64,000 nucleotides of DNA from Auanema rhodensis (lineage: Eukaryota > Animalia > Nematoda). The stretch lies in contig OZ059899.1 in the NCBI GenBank assembly GCA_964057225.1, positions 1,798,001 through 1,862,000 on the forward strand. The letters are read 5' to 3'. Both the position numbers and the translations under genes were made by a program. The notes beneath the pieces were generated by a model, which saw only the letters and a list, made by a program, of their open reading frames with translations, ran no database searches and was not told the DNA's origin. How positions within the stretch are numbered: the first letter of the stretch is position 1; the number at the start of each line of letters is the position of its first letter. Shown here piece by piece: positions 23,001-38,000 of this stretch.

Positions 23001-26000
23001 CATTTTTAAGCTAGCGCAAATCTGATAACACAGATCGACGCAGCTTGAAAATCCGCATCGAATGCACTATACTACATTGAGAAACGCTTGATACAAAAAT
23101 TAGTTATGATCGTTTGAAAAATGATGCATTAGTGTATGTTGAGTTTCCATGTACACTCAACATTGCTTCCAAAAACATTTTGACAAAAATTTTTTCGAAA
23201 AATTTCAAAATAATTTAGCAAAAAGTAGATGTTTTTAAATTCCTTTTTTTAAGGCAAAGACGATGGACAATGTTATTCAACGAAAAAATTATTTCTTCAG
23301 GGTGAAAATCGAGGATATAAGTGTGAACTTATATCAGTTGATATCTCGGTGCATTTTTAAGCTAGCGCAAATCTGATAACACAGATCGACGCAGCTTAAA
23401 AATCCGCATCGAATGCACTATACTACATTGAGAAACGCTTGATACAAAAATTAGTCATGATCGTTTGAAAAATGATGCATTAGTGTATGTTGAGTTTCCA
23501 TGTACACTCAATATTGCTTCCAAAAACATTTTGACAAAATTTTTTTCAAAAAATTTCAAAATAATTTAGCAAAAAGTAGATGTTTTTAGATTCCTTTTTT
23601 CAAGGCAAAGACGATGGACAATGTTATTCAACGAAAAAAATTATTTCTTCAGGGTGAAAATCGAGGATATAAGTGTGAACTTATATCAGTTGATATCTCG
23701 GTGCATTTTTAAGCTAGCGCAAATCTGATAACACAGATCGACGCAGCTTAAAAATCCGCATCGAATGCACTATACTACATTGTGAAACGCTTAATACAAA
23801 AATTAGTTATGATCGTTTGAAAAATGATGCATTAGTGTATGTTGAGTTTCCATGTACACTCAACATTGCTTCCAAAAACATTTTGACAAAAATTTTTTCG
23901 AAAAATTTCAAAATAATTTAGCAAAAAGTAGATGTTTTTAGATTCCATTTTTCAAGGCAAAGACGATAGACAATGTTATTCAACGAAAAAATTAATTCTT
24001 CAGGGTGAAAATCGAGGATATAAGTGTGAACTTATATAAGTTGATATCTCGGTGCATTTTTAAGCTAGCGCAAATCTGATAACACAGATCGACGCAGCTT
24101 AAAAATCCGCATCGAATGCACTATACTACATTGAGAAACGCTTGATACAAAAATTAGTTATGATCGTTTGAAAAATGATGCATTAGTGTATGTTGAGTTT
24201 CCATGTACACTCAACATTGCTTCCAAAAACATTTTGACAAAAATTTTTTCGAAAAATTTCAAAATAATTTAGCAAAAAGTAGATGTTCATAGATTCCTTT
24301 TTTCAAGGCAAAGACGATAGACAATGTTATTCAACGAAAAAATTAATTCTTCAGGGTGAAAATCGAGGATATAAGTGTGAACTTATATCAGTTGATATCT
24401 CGGTGCATTTTCAAGCTAGCGCAAATCTGATAACACAGATCGACGCAGCTTAAAAATCCGCATCGAATGCACTATACTAAATTGAGAAACGCTTGATACA
24501 AAAATTAGTTATGATCGTTTGAAAAATGATGCATTAGTGTATGTTGAGTTTCCATGTACACTCAACATTGCTTCCAAAAACATTTTGACAAAAATTTTTT
24601 CGAAAAATTGCAAAATAATTTAGCAAAAAGTAGATGTTTTAGATTCCATTTTTCAAAGCAAAGACGATGGACAATGTTATTCAACGAAAAAATTAATTCT
24701 TCAGGGTGAAAATCGACGATATAAGTGTGAATTTATATCAGTTGATATCTCGGTGCATTTTTAAGCTAGCGCAAATCTGATAACACAGATCGACGCAGCT
24801 TAAAAATCCGCATCGAATGCACTATACTACATTGAGAAACGCTTGATACAAAAATTAGTTATGATCGTTTGAAAAATGATGCATTAGTGTATGTTGAGTT
24901 TCCATGTACACTCAACATTGCTTCCAAAAACATTTTGACAAAAATTTTTTCGAAAAATTTCAAAATAATTTAGCAAAAAGTAGATGTTCATAGATTCCTT
25001 TTTTCAAGGCAAAGACGATAGACAATGTTATTCAACGAAAAAATTAATTCTTCAGGGTGAAAATCGAGGATATAAGTGTGAACTTATATCAGTTGATATC
25101 TCGGTGCATTTTTAAGCTAGCGCAAATCTGATAACACAGATCGACGCAGCTTAAAAATCCGCATCGAATGCACTATACTAAATTGAGAAACGCTTGATAC
25201 AAAAATTAGTTATGATCGTTTGAAAAATGATGCATTAGTGTATGTTGAGTTTCCATGTACACTCAACATTGCTTCCAAAAACATTTTGACAAAAATTTTT
25301 TCGAAAAATTTCAAAATAATTTAGCAAAAAGTAGATGTTCATAGATTCCTTTTTTCAAGGCAAAGACGATAGACAATGTTATTCAACGAAAAAATTAATT
25401 CTTCAGGGTGAAAATCGAGGATATAAGTGTGAACTTATATCAGTTGATATCTCGGTGCATTTTCAAGCTAGCGCAAATCTGATAACACAGATCGACGCAG
25501 CTTAAAAATCTGCATCGAATGCACTATACTAAATTGAGAAACGCTTGATACAAAAATTAGTTATGATCGTTTGAAAAATGATGCATTAGTGTATGTTGAG
25601 TTTCCATGTACACTCAACATTGCTTCCAAAAACATTTTGACAAAAATTTTTTCGAAAAATTTCGAAATAATTTAGCAAAAAGTAGATGTTTTTAGATTTC
25701 ATTTTTCAAGGCAAAGACGATGGACAATGTTATTCAACGAAAAAATTAATTCTTCAGGGTGAAAATCGAGGATATAAGTGTGAACTTATATCAGTTGATA
25801 TCTCGGTGCATTTTTAAGCTAGCGCAAATCTGATAACACAGATCGACGCAGCTTAAAAATCCGCATCGAATGCACTATACTAAATTGAGAAACGCTTGAT
25901 ACGAAAATTAGTTATGATCGTTTGAAAAATGATGCATTAGTGTATGTTGAGTTTCCATGTACACTCAACATTGCTTCCAAAAACATTTTGACAAAAATTT

Positions 26001-29000
26001 TTTCGAAAAATTTCAAAATAATTTAGCAAAAAGTAGATGTTTTTAGATTCCTTTTTTCAAGGCAAAGACGATGGACAATGTTATTCAACGAAAAAATTAT
26101 TTCTTCAGGGTGAAAATCGAGGATATAAGTGTGAACTTATATCAGTTGATATCTCGGTGCATTTTTCAGCTAACGCAAATCTGATAACACAGATCGACGC
26201 AGCTTAAAAATCCGCATCGAATGCACTATACTACATTGAGAAACGCTTGATACAAAAATTAGTTATGATCGTTTGAAAAATGATGCATTAGTGTATGTTG
26301 AGTTTCCATGTACACTCAACATTGCTTCCAAAAACATTTTGACAAAAATTTTTTCGAAAAATTTCAAAATAATTTAGCAAAAAGTAGATGTTTTTAGATT
26401 CCATTTTTCAAGGCAAAGACGATGGACAATGTTATTCAACGAAAAAATTAATTCTTCAGGGTGAAAATCGAGGATATAAGTGTGAACTTATATCAGTTGA
26501 TATCTCGGTGCATTTTTAAGCTAGCGCAAATCTGATAACACAGATCGACGCAGCTTGAAAATCCGCATCGAATGCACTATACTACATTGAGAAACGCTTG
26601 ATACAAAAATTAGTTATGATCGTTTGAAAAATGATGCATTAGTGTATGTTGAGTTTCCATGTACACTCAACATTGCTTCCAAAAACATTTTGACAAAAAT
26701 ATTTTCGAAAAATTTCAAAATAATTTAGCAAAAAGTAGATGTTTTTAAATTCCTTTTTTTAAGGCAAAGACGATGGACAATGTTATTCAACGAAAAAATT
26801 ATTTCTTCAGGGTGAAAATCGAGGATATAAGTGTGAACTTATATCAGTTGATATCTCGGTGCATTTTTAAGCTAGCGCAAATCTGATAACACAGATCGAC
26901 GCAGCTTAAAAATCCGCATCGAATGCACTATACTACATTGAGAAACGCTTGATACAAAAATTAGTCATGATCGTTTGAAAAATGATGCATTAGTGTATGT
27001 TGAGTTTCCATGTACACTCAACATTGCTTCCAAAAACATTTTGACAAAAATTTTTTCGAAAAATTTCAAAATAATTTAGCAAAAAGTAGATGTTCATAGA
27101 TTCCTTTTTTCAAGGCAAAGACGATGGACAATGTTATTCAACGAAAAAAATTATTTCTTCAGGGTGAAAATCGAGGATATAAGTGTGAACTTATATCAGT
27201 TGATATCTCGGTGCATTTTTAAGCTAGCGCAAATCTGATAACACAGATCGACGCAGCTTGAAAATCCGCATCGAATGCACTATACTACATTGAGAAACGC
27301 TTGATACAAAAATTAGTTATGATCGTTTGAAAAATGATGCATTAGTGTATGTTGAGTTTCCATGTACACTCAACATTGCTTCCAAAAACATTTTGACAAA
27401 AATTTTTTCGAAAAATTTCAAAATAATTTAGCAAAAAGTAGATGTTTTTAAATTCCTTTTTTTAAGGCAAAGACGATGGACAATGTTATTCAACGAAAAA
27501 ATTATTTCTTCAGGGTGAAAATCGAGGATATAAGTGTGAACTTATATCAGTTGATATCTCGGTGCATTTTTAAGCTAGCGCAAATCTGATAACACAGATC
27601 GACGCAGCTTAAAAATCCGCATCGAATGCACTATACTACATTGAGAAACGCTTGATACAAAATTTAGTCATGATCGTTTGAAAAATGATGCATTAGTGTA
27701 TGTTGAGTTTCCATGTACACTCAATATTGCTTCCAAAAACATTTTGACAAAATTTTTTTCAAAAAATTTCAAAATAATTTAGCAAAAAGTAGATGTTTTT
27801 AGATTCCTTTTTTCAAGGCAAAGACGATGGACAATGTTATTCAACGAAAAAAATTATTTCTTCAGGGTGAAAATCGAGGATATAAGTGTGAACTTATATC
27901 AGTTGATATCTCGGTGCATTTTTAAGCTAGCGCAAATCTGATAACACAGATCGACGCAGCTTAAAAATCCGCATCGAATGCACTATACTACATTGTGAAA
28001 CGCTTAATACAAAAATTAGTTATGATCGTTTGAAAAATGATGCATTAGTGTATGTTGAGTTTCCATGTACACTCAACATTGCTTCCAAAAACATTTTGAC
28101 AAAAATTTTTTCGAAAAATTTCAAAATAATTTAGCAAAAAGTAGATGTTTTTAGATTCCATTTTTCAAGGCAAAGACGATAGACAATGTTATTCAACGAA
28201 AAAATTAATTCTTCAGGGTGAAAATCGAGGATATAAGTGTGAACTTATATAAGTTGATATCTCGGTGCATTTTTAAGCTAGCGCAAATCTGATAACACAG
28301 ATCGACGCAGCTTAAAAATCCGCATCGAATGCACTATACTACATTGAGAAACGCTTGATACAAAAATTAGTTATGATCGTTTGAAAAATGATGCATTAGT
28401 GTATGTTGAGTTTCCATGTACACTCAACATTGCTTCCAAAAACATTTTGACAAAAATTTTTTCGAAAAATTTCAAAATAATTTAGCAAAAAGTAGATGTT
28501 CATAGATTCCTTTTTTCAAGGCAAAGACGATAGACAATGTTATTCAACGAAAAAATTAATTCTTCAGGGTGAAAATCGAGGATATAAGTGTGAACTTATA
28601 TCAGTTGATATCTCGGTGCATTTTTAAGCTAGCGCAAATCTGATAACACAGATCGACGCAGCTTGAAAATCCGCATCGAATGCACTATACTAAATTGAGA
28701 AACGCTTGATACAAAAATTAGTTATGATCGTTTGAAAAATGATGCATTAGTGTATGTTGAGTTTCCATGTACACTCAACATTGCTTCCAAAAACATTTTG
28801 ACAAAAATTTTTTCGAAAAATTTCGAAATAATTTAGCAAAAAGTAGATGTTTTTAGATTTCATTTTTCAAGGCAAAGACGATGGACAATGTTATTCAACG
28901 AAAAAATTAATTCTTCAGGGTGAAAATCGAGGATATAAGTGTGAACTTATATCAGTTGATATCTCGGTGCATTTTTAAGCTAGCGCAAATCTGATAACAC

Positions 29001-32000
29001 AGATCGACGCAGCTTAAAAATCCGCATCGAATGCACTATACTAAATTGAGAAACGCTTGATACGAAAATTAGTTATGATCGTTTGAAAAATGATGCATTA
29101 GTGTATGTTGAGTTTCCATGTACACTCAACATTGCTTCCAAAAACATTTTGACAAAAATTTTTTCGAAAAATTTCAAAATAATTTAGCAAAAAGTAGATG
29201 TTTTTAGATTCCTTTTTTCAAGGCAAAGACGATGGACAATGTTATTCAACGAAAAAATTATTTCTTCAGGGTGAAAATCGAGGATATAAGTGTGAACTTA
29301 TATCAGTTGATATCTCGGTGCATTTTTCAGCTAACGCAAATCTGATAACACAGATCGACGCAGCTTAAAAATCCGCATCGAATGCACTATACTACATTGA
29401 GAAACGCTTGATACAAAAATTAGTTATGATCGTTTGAAAAATGATGCATTAGTGTATGTTGAGTTTCCATGTACACTCAACATTGCTTCCAAAAACATTT
29501 TGACAAAAATTTTTTCGAAAAATTTCAGAATAATTTAGCAAAAAGTAGATGTTTTTAGATTCCATTTTTCAAGGCAAAGACGATGGACAATGTTATTCAA
29601 CGAAAAAATTAATTCTTCAGGGTGAAAATCGAGGATATAAGTGTGAACTTATATCAGTTGATATCTCGGTGCATTTTTAAGCTAGCGCAAATCTGATAAC
29701 ACAGATCGACGCAGCTTGAAAATCCGCATCGAATGCACTATACTACATTGAGAAACGCTTGATACAAAAATTAGTTATGATCGTTTGAAAAATGATGCAT
29801 TAGTGTATGTTGAGTTTCCATGTACACTCAACATTGCTTCCAAAAACATTTTGACAAAAATTTTTTCGAAAAATTTCAAAATAATTTAGCAAAAAGTAGA
29901 TGTTTTTAAATTCCTTTTTTTAAGGCAAAGACGATGGACAATGTTATTCAACGAAAAAATTATTTCTTCAGGGTGAAAATCGAGGATATAAGTGTGAACT
30001 TATATCAGTTGATATCTCGGTGCATTTTTAAGCTAGCGCAAATCTGATAACACAGATCGACGCAGCTTAAAAATCCGCATCGAATGCACTATACTACATT
30101 GAGAAACGCTTGATACAAAAATTAGTCATGATCGTTTGAAAAATGATGCATTAGTGTATGTTGAGTTTCCATGTACACTCAATATTGCTTCCAAAAACAT
30201 TTTGACAAAATTTTTTTCAAAAAATTTCAAAATAATTTAGCAAAAATTAGATGTTTTTAGATTCCTTTTTTCAAGGCAAAGACGATGGACAATGTTATTC
30301 AACGAAAAAAATTATTTCTTCAGGGTGAAAATCGAGGATATAAGTGTGAACTTATATCAGTTGATATCTCGGTGCATTTTTAAGCTAGCGCAAATCTGAT
30401 AACACAGATCGACGCAGCTTGAAAATCCGCATCGAATGCACTATACTACATTGAGAAACGCTTGATACAAAAATTAGTTATGATCGTTTGAAAAATGATG
30501 CATTAGTGTATGTTGAGTTTCCATGTACACTCAACATTGCTTCCAAAAACATTTTGACAAAAATTTTTTCGAAAAATTTCAAAATAATTTAGCAAAAAGT
30601 AGATGTTTTTAAATTCCTTTTTTTAAGGCAAAGACGATGGACAATGTTATTCAACGAAAAAATTATTTCTTCAGGGTGAAAATCGAGGATATAAGTGTGA
30701 ACTTATATCAGTTGATATCTCGGTGCATTTTTAAGCTAGCGCAAATCTGATAACACAGATCGACGCAGCTTAAAAATCCGCATCGAATGCACTATACTAC
30801 ATTGAGAAACGCTTGATACAAAAATTAGTCATGATCGTTTGAAAAATGATGCATTAGTGTATGTTGAGTTTCCATGTACACTCAATATTGCTTCCAAAAA
30901 CATTTTGACAAAATTTTTTTCAAAAAATTTCAAAATAATTTAGCAAAAAGTAGATGTTTTTAGATTCCTTTTTTCAAGGCAAAGACGATGGACAATGTTA
31001 TTCAACGAAAAAAATTATTTCTTCAGGGTGAAAATCGAGGATATAAGTGTGAACTTATATCAGTTGATATCTCGGTGCATTTTTAAGCTAGCGCAAATCT
31101 GATAACACAGATCGACGCAGCTTAAAAATCCGCATCGAATGCACTATACTACATTGTGAAACGCTTAATACAAAAATTAGTTATGATCGTTTGAAAAATG
31201 ATGCATTAGTGTATGTTGAGTTTCCATGTACACTCAACATTGCTTCCAAAAACATTTTGACAAAAATTTTTTCGAAAAATTTCAAAATAATTTAGCAAAA
31301 AGTAGATGTTTTTAGATTCCATTTTTCAAGGCAAAGACGATAGACAATGTTATTCAACGAAAAAATTAATTCTTCAGGGTGAAAATCGAGGATATAAGTG
31401 TGAACTTATATAAGTTGATATCTCGGTGCATTTTTAAGCTAGCGCAAATCTGATAACACAGATCGACGCAGCTTAAAAATCCGCATCGAATGCACTATAC
31501 TACATTGAGAAACGCTTAATACAAAAATTAGTTATGATCGTTTGAAAAATGATGCATTAGTGTATGTTGAGTTTCCATGTACACTCAACATTGCTTCGAA
31601 AAACATTTTGACAAAAATTTTTTCGAAAAATTTCGGAATAATTTAGCAAAAAGTAGATGTTTTTAGATTCCATTTTTCAAGGCAAAGACGATAGACAATG
31701 TTATTCAACGAAAAAATTAATTCTTCAGGGTGAAAATCGAGGATATAAGTGTGAACTTATATCAGTTGATATCTCGGTGCATTTTTAAGCTAGCGCAAAT
31801 CTCATAACACAGATCGACGCAGCTTAAAAATCCGCATCGAATGCACTATACTACATTGAGAAACGCTTGATACAAGAATTAGTTATGATCGTTTGAAAAA
31901 TGATGCATTAGTGTATGTTGAGTTTCCATGTACACTCAACATTGCTTCGAAAAACATTTTGACAAAAATTTTTTCGAAAAATTTCGAAATAATTTAGCGA

Positions 32001-35000
32001 AAAGTAGATGTTTTTAGATTCCATTTTTCAAGGCGAAGACGATAGACAATGTTATTCAACGAAAAAATTAATTCTTCAGGGTGAAAATCGAGGATATAAG
32101 TGTGAACTTATATCAGTTGATATCTCGGTGCATTTTTAAGCTAGCGCAAATCTCATAACACAGATCGACGCAGCTTAAAAATCCGCATCGAATGCACTAT
32201 ACTACATTGAGAAACGCTTGATACAAGAATTAGTTATGATCGTTTGAAAAATGATGCATTAGTGTATGTTGAGTTTCCATGTACACTCAACATTGCTTCC
32301 AAAAACATTTTGACAAAAATTTTTTCGAAAAATTTCAAAATAATTTAGCAAAAAGTAGATGTTTTTAGATTCCATTTTTCAAGGCAAAGACGATGGACAA
32401 TGTAATTCAACGAAAAAATTATTTCTTCAGGGTGAAAATCGAGGATATAAGTGTGAACTTATATCAGTTGATATCTCGGTGCATTTTTAAGCTAGCGCAA
32501 ATCTGATAACACAGATCGACGCAGCTTAAAAATCCGCATCGAATGCACTATACTACATTGAGAAACGCTTAATACAAAAATTAGTTATGATCGTTTGAAA
32601 AATGATGCATTAGTGTATGTTGAGTTTCCATGTACACTCAACATTGCTTCGAAAAACATTTTGACAAAAATTTTTTCGAAAAATTTCGAAATAATTTAGC
32701 AAAAAGTAGATGTTTTTAGATTCCATTTTTCAAGGCAAAGACGATAGACAATGTTATTCAACGAAAAAATTAATTCTTCAGGGTGAAAATCGAGGATATA
32801 AGTGTGAACTTATATCAGTTGATATCTCGGTGCATTTTTAAGCTAGCGCAAATCTCATAACACAGATCGACGCAGCTTAAAAATCCGCATCGAATGCACT
32901 ATACTACATTGAGAAACGCTTGATACAAGAATTAGTTATGATCGTTTGAAAATTGATGCATTAGTGTATGTTGAGTTTCCATGTACACTCAACATTGCTT
33001 CCAAAAACATTTTGACAAAAATTTTTTCGAAAAATTTCAAAATAATTTAGCAAAAAGTAGATGTTTTTAGATTCCATTTTTCAAGGCAAAGACGATGGAC
33101 AATGTTATTCAACGAAAAAATTATTTCTTCAGGGTGAAAATCGAGGATATAAGTGTGAACTTATATCAGTTGATATCTCGGTGCATTTTTAAGCTAGCGC
33201 AAATCTGATAACACAGATCGACGCAGCTTAAAAATCCGCATCGAATGCACTATACTACATTGAGAAACGCTTGATACAAAAATTAGTTATGATCGTTTGA
33301 AAAATGATGCATTAGTGTATGTTGAGTTTCCATGTACACTCAACATTGCTTCCAAAAACATTTTGACAAAAATTTTTTCGAAAAATTTCAAAATAATTTA
33401 GCGAAAAGTAGATGTTTTTAGATTCCTTTTTTCAAGGCAAAGACGATGGACAATGTTATTCAACGAAAAAAATATTTTTTCAGGGTGAAAATCGAGGATA
33501 TAAGTGTGAACTTATATCAGTTGATATCTCGGTGCATTTTTCAGCTAGCGCAAATCTGATAACACAGATCGACGCAGCTTAAAAATCCGCATCGAATGCA
33601 CTATACTACATTGAGAAACGCTTGATACAAAAATTAGTTATGATCGTTTGAAAAATGATGCATTAGTGTATGTTGAGTTTCCATGTACACTCAATATTGC
33701 TTCCAAAAACATTTTGACAAAATTTTTTTCGAAAAATTTCAAAATAATTTAGCAAAAAGTAGATGTTTTTAGATTCCTTCTTTCAAGGCAAAGACGATGG
33801 ACAATGTTATTCAACGAAAAAATTATTTCTTCAGGGTGAAAATCGAGGATATAAGTGTGAACTTATATCAGTTGATATCTCGGTGCATTTTTAAGCTAGC
33901 GCAAATCTGATAACACAGATCGACGCAGCTTAAAAATCCGCATCGAATGCACTACACTACATTGAGAAACGCCTGATACAAAAATTAGTTATGATCGTTT
34001 GAAAAATGATGCATTAGTGTATGTTGAGTTTCCATGTACACTCAATATTGCTTCCAAAAACATTTTGACAAAATTTTTTTCAAAAAATTTCAAAATAATT
34101 TAGCAAAAAGTAGATGTTTTTAGATTCCTTTTTTCAAGGCAAAGACGATGGACAATGTTATTCAACGAAAAAATTATTTCTTCAGGGTGAAAATCGAGGA
34201 TATAAGTGTGAACTTATATCAGTTGATATCTCGGTGCATTTTTAAGCTAGCGCAAATCTGATAACACAGATCGACGCAGCTTAAAAATCCGCATCGAATG
34301 CACTATACTACATTGAGAAACGCTTGATACAAAAATTAGTCATGATCGTTTGAAAAATGATGCATTAGTGTATGTTGAGTTTCCATGTACACTCAATATT
34401 GCTTCCAAAAACATTTTGACAAAATTTTTTTCAAAAAATTTCAAAATAATTTAGCAAAAAGTAGATGTTTTTAGATTCCTTTTTTCAAGGCAAAGACGAT
34501 GGACAATGTTATTCAACGAAAAAAATTATTTCTTCAGGGTGAAAATCGAGGATATAAGTGTGAACTTATATCAGTTGATATCTCGGTGCATTTTTAAGCT
34601 AGCGCAAATCTGATAACACAGATCGACGCAGCTTAAAAATCCGCATCGAATGCACTATACTACATTGAGAAACGCTTGATAAAAAATTAGTCATGATCGT
34701 TTGAAAAATGATGCATCAGTGTATGTTGAGTTTCCATGTACACTCAACATTGCTTCCACAAACATTTTGACAAAAATTTTTTCGAAAAATTTCAAAATAA
34801 TTTAGCAAAAAGTAGATGTTTTTAGATTCCTTTTCTCAAGGCAAAGACGATGGACAATGTTATTCAACGAAAAAATTATTTCTTCAGGGTGAAAATCGAG
34901 GATATAAGTGTGAACTTATATCAGTTGATATCTCGGTGCATTTTTAAGCTAGCGCAAATCTGATAACACAGATCGACGCAGCTTAAAAATCCGCATCAAA

Positions 35001-38000
35001 TGCATTATACTACATTGAGGAACGCTTGATACAAAAATTAGTCATGATCGTTTGAAAAATGATGCATTAGTGTATGTTGAGTTTCCATGTACACTCAATA
35101 TTGCTTCCAAAAACATTTTGACAAAATTTTTTTCGAAAAATTTCAAAATAATTTAGCAAAAAGTAGATGTTTTTAGATTCCTTTTTTCAAGGCAAAGACG
35201 ATGGACAATGTTATTCAACGAAAAAATTATTTCTTCAGGGTGAAAATCGAGGATATAAGTGTGAACTTATATCAGTTGATATCTCGGTGCATTTTTAAGC
35301 TAGCGCAAATCTGATAACACAGATCGACGCAGCTTAAAAATCCGCATCGAATGCACTATACTACATTGAGAAACGCTTGATACAAAAATTGGTCATGATC
35401 GTTTGAAAAATGATGCATTAGTGTATGTTGAGTTTCCATGTACACTCAATATTGCTTCCAAAAACATTTTGACAAAATTTTTTTCGAAAAATTTCAAAAT
35501 AATTTAGCAAAAAGTAGATGTTTTTAGATTCCTTTTTTCAAGGCAAAGACGATGGACAATGTTATTCAACGAAAAAATTATTTCTTCAGGGTGAAAATCG
35601 AGGATATAAGTGTGAACTTATATCAGTTGATATCTCGGTGCATTTTCAAGCTAGCGCAAATCTGATAACACAGATCGACGCAGCTTAAAAATCCGCATCG
35701 AATGCACTATACTACATTGAGAAACGCTTGATACAAAAATTAGTCATGATCGTTTGAAAAATGATGCATTAGTGTATGTTGAGTTTCCATGTACACTCAA
35801 CATTGCTTCCACAAACATTTTGACAAAAATTTTTTCAAAAAATTTCAAAATAATTTAGCAAAAAGTAGATGTTTTTAGATTCCTTTTTTCAAGGCAAAGA
35901 CGATGGACAATGTTATTCAACGAAAAAATTATTTCTTCAGGGTGAAAATCGAGGATATAAGTGTGAACTTATATCAGTTGATATCTCGGTGCATTTTTAA
36001 GCTAGCGCAAATCTGATAACACAGATCGACGCAGCTTAAAAATCCGCATCAAATGCACTATACTACATTGAGAAACGCTTGATACAAAAATTAGTCATGA
36101 TCGTTTGAAAAATGATGCATTAGTGTATGTTGAGTTTCCATGTACACTCAATATTGCTTCCAAAAACATTTTGACAAAATTTTTTTCGAAAAATTTCAAA
36201 ATAATTTAGCAAAAAGTAGATGTTTTTAGATTTTTTTTTTCAAGGCAAAGACGATGGACAATGTTATTCAACGAAAAAATTATTTCTTCAGGGTGAAAAT
36301 CGAGGATATAAGTGTGAACTTATATCAGTTGATATCTCGGTGCATTTTTAAGCTAGCGCAAATCTGATAACACAGATCGACGCAGCTTAAAAATCCGCAT
36401 CAAATGCACTATACTACATTGAGAAACGCTTGATACAAAAATTAGTCATGATCGTTTGAAAAATGATGCATTAGTGTATGTTGAGTTTCCATGTACACTC
36501 AATATTGCTTCCAAAAACATTTTGACAAAATTTTTTTCGAAAAATTTCAAAATAATTTAGCAAAAAGTAGATGTTTTTAGATTCCTTTTTTCAAGGCAAA
36601 GACGATGGACAATGTTATTCAACGAAAAAATTATTTCTTCAGGGTGAAAATCGAGGATATAAGTGTGAACTTATATCAGTTGATATCTCGGTGCATTTTT
36701 AAGCTAGCGCAAATCTGATAACACAGATCGACGCAGCTTAAAAATCCGCATCGAATGCACTATACTACATTGAGAAACGCTTGATACAAAAATTAGTCAT
36801 GATCGTTTGAAAAATGATGCATTAGTGTATGTTGAGTTTCCATGTACACTCAATATTGCTTCCAAAAACATTTTGACAAAATTTTTTTCGAAAAATTTCA
36901 AAATAATTTAGCAAAAAGTAGATGTTTTTAGATTCCTTTTTTTCAAGGCAAAGACGATGGACAATGTTATTCAACGAAAAAATTATTTCTTCAGGGTGAA
37001 AATCGAGGATATAAGTGTGAACTTATATCAGTTGATATCTCGGTGCATTTTTAAGCTAGCGCAAATCTGATAACACAGATCGACGCAGCTTAAAAATCCG
37101 CATCGAATGCACTATACTACATTGAGAAACGCTTGATACAAAAATTAGTCATGATCGTTTGAAAAATGATGCATTAGTGTATGTTGAGTTTCCATGTACA
37201 CTCAACATTGCTTCCACAAACATTTTGACAAAAATTTTTTCGAAAAATTTCAAAATAATTTAGCAAAAAGTAGATGTTTTTAGATTCCTTTTTTCAAGGC
37301 AAAGACGATGGACAATGTTATTCAACGAAAAAATTATTTCTTCAGGGTGAAAATCGAGGATATAAGTGTGAACTTATATCAGTTGATATCTCGGTGCATT
37401 TTTAAGCTAGCGCAAATCTGATAACACAGATCGACGCAGCTTAAAAATCCGCATCAAATGCACTATACTACATTGAGAAACGCTTGATACAAAAATTAGT
37501 CATGATCGTTTGAAAAATGATGCATTAGTGTATGTTGAGTTTCCATGTACACTCAATATTGCTTCCAAAAACATTTTGACAAAATTTTTTTCGAAAAATT
37601 TCAAAATAATTTAGCAAAAAGTAGATGTTTTTAGATTTTTTTTTTCAAGGCAAAGACGATGGACAATGTTATTCAACGAAAAAATTATTTCTTCAGGGTG
37701 AAAATCGAGGATATAAGTGTGAACTTATATCAGTTGATATCTCGGTGCATTTTTAAGCTAGCGCAAATCTGATAACACAGATCGACGCAGCTTAAAAATC
37801 CGCATCGAATGCACTATACTACATTGAGAAACGCTTGATACAAAAATTAGTCATGATCGTTTGAAAAATGATGCATTAGTGTATGTTGAGTTTCCATGTA
37901 CACTCAACATTGCTTCCACAAACATTTTGACAAAAATTTTTTCGAAAAATTTCAAAATAATTTAGCAAAAAGTAGATGTTTTTAGATTCCTTTTCTCAAG

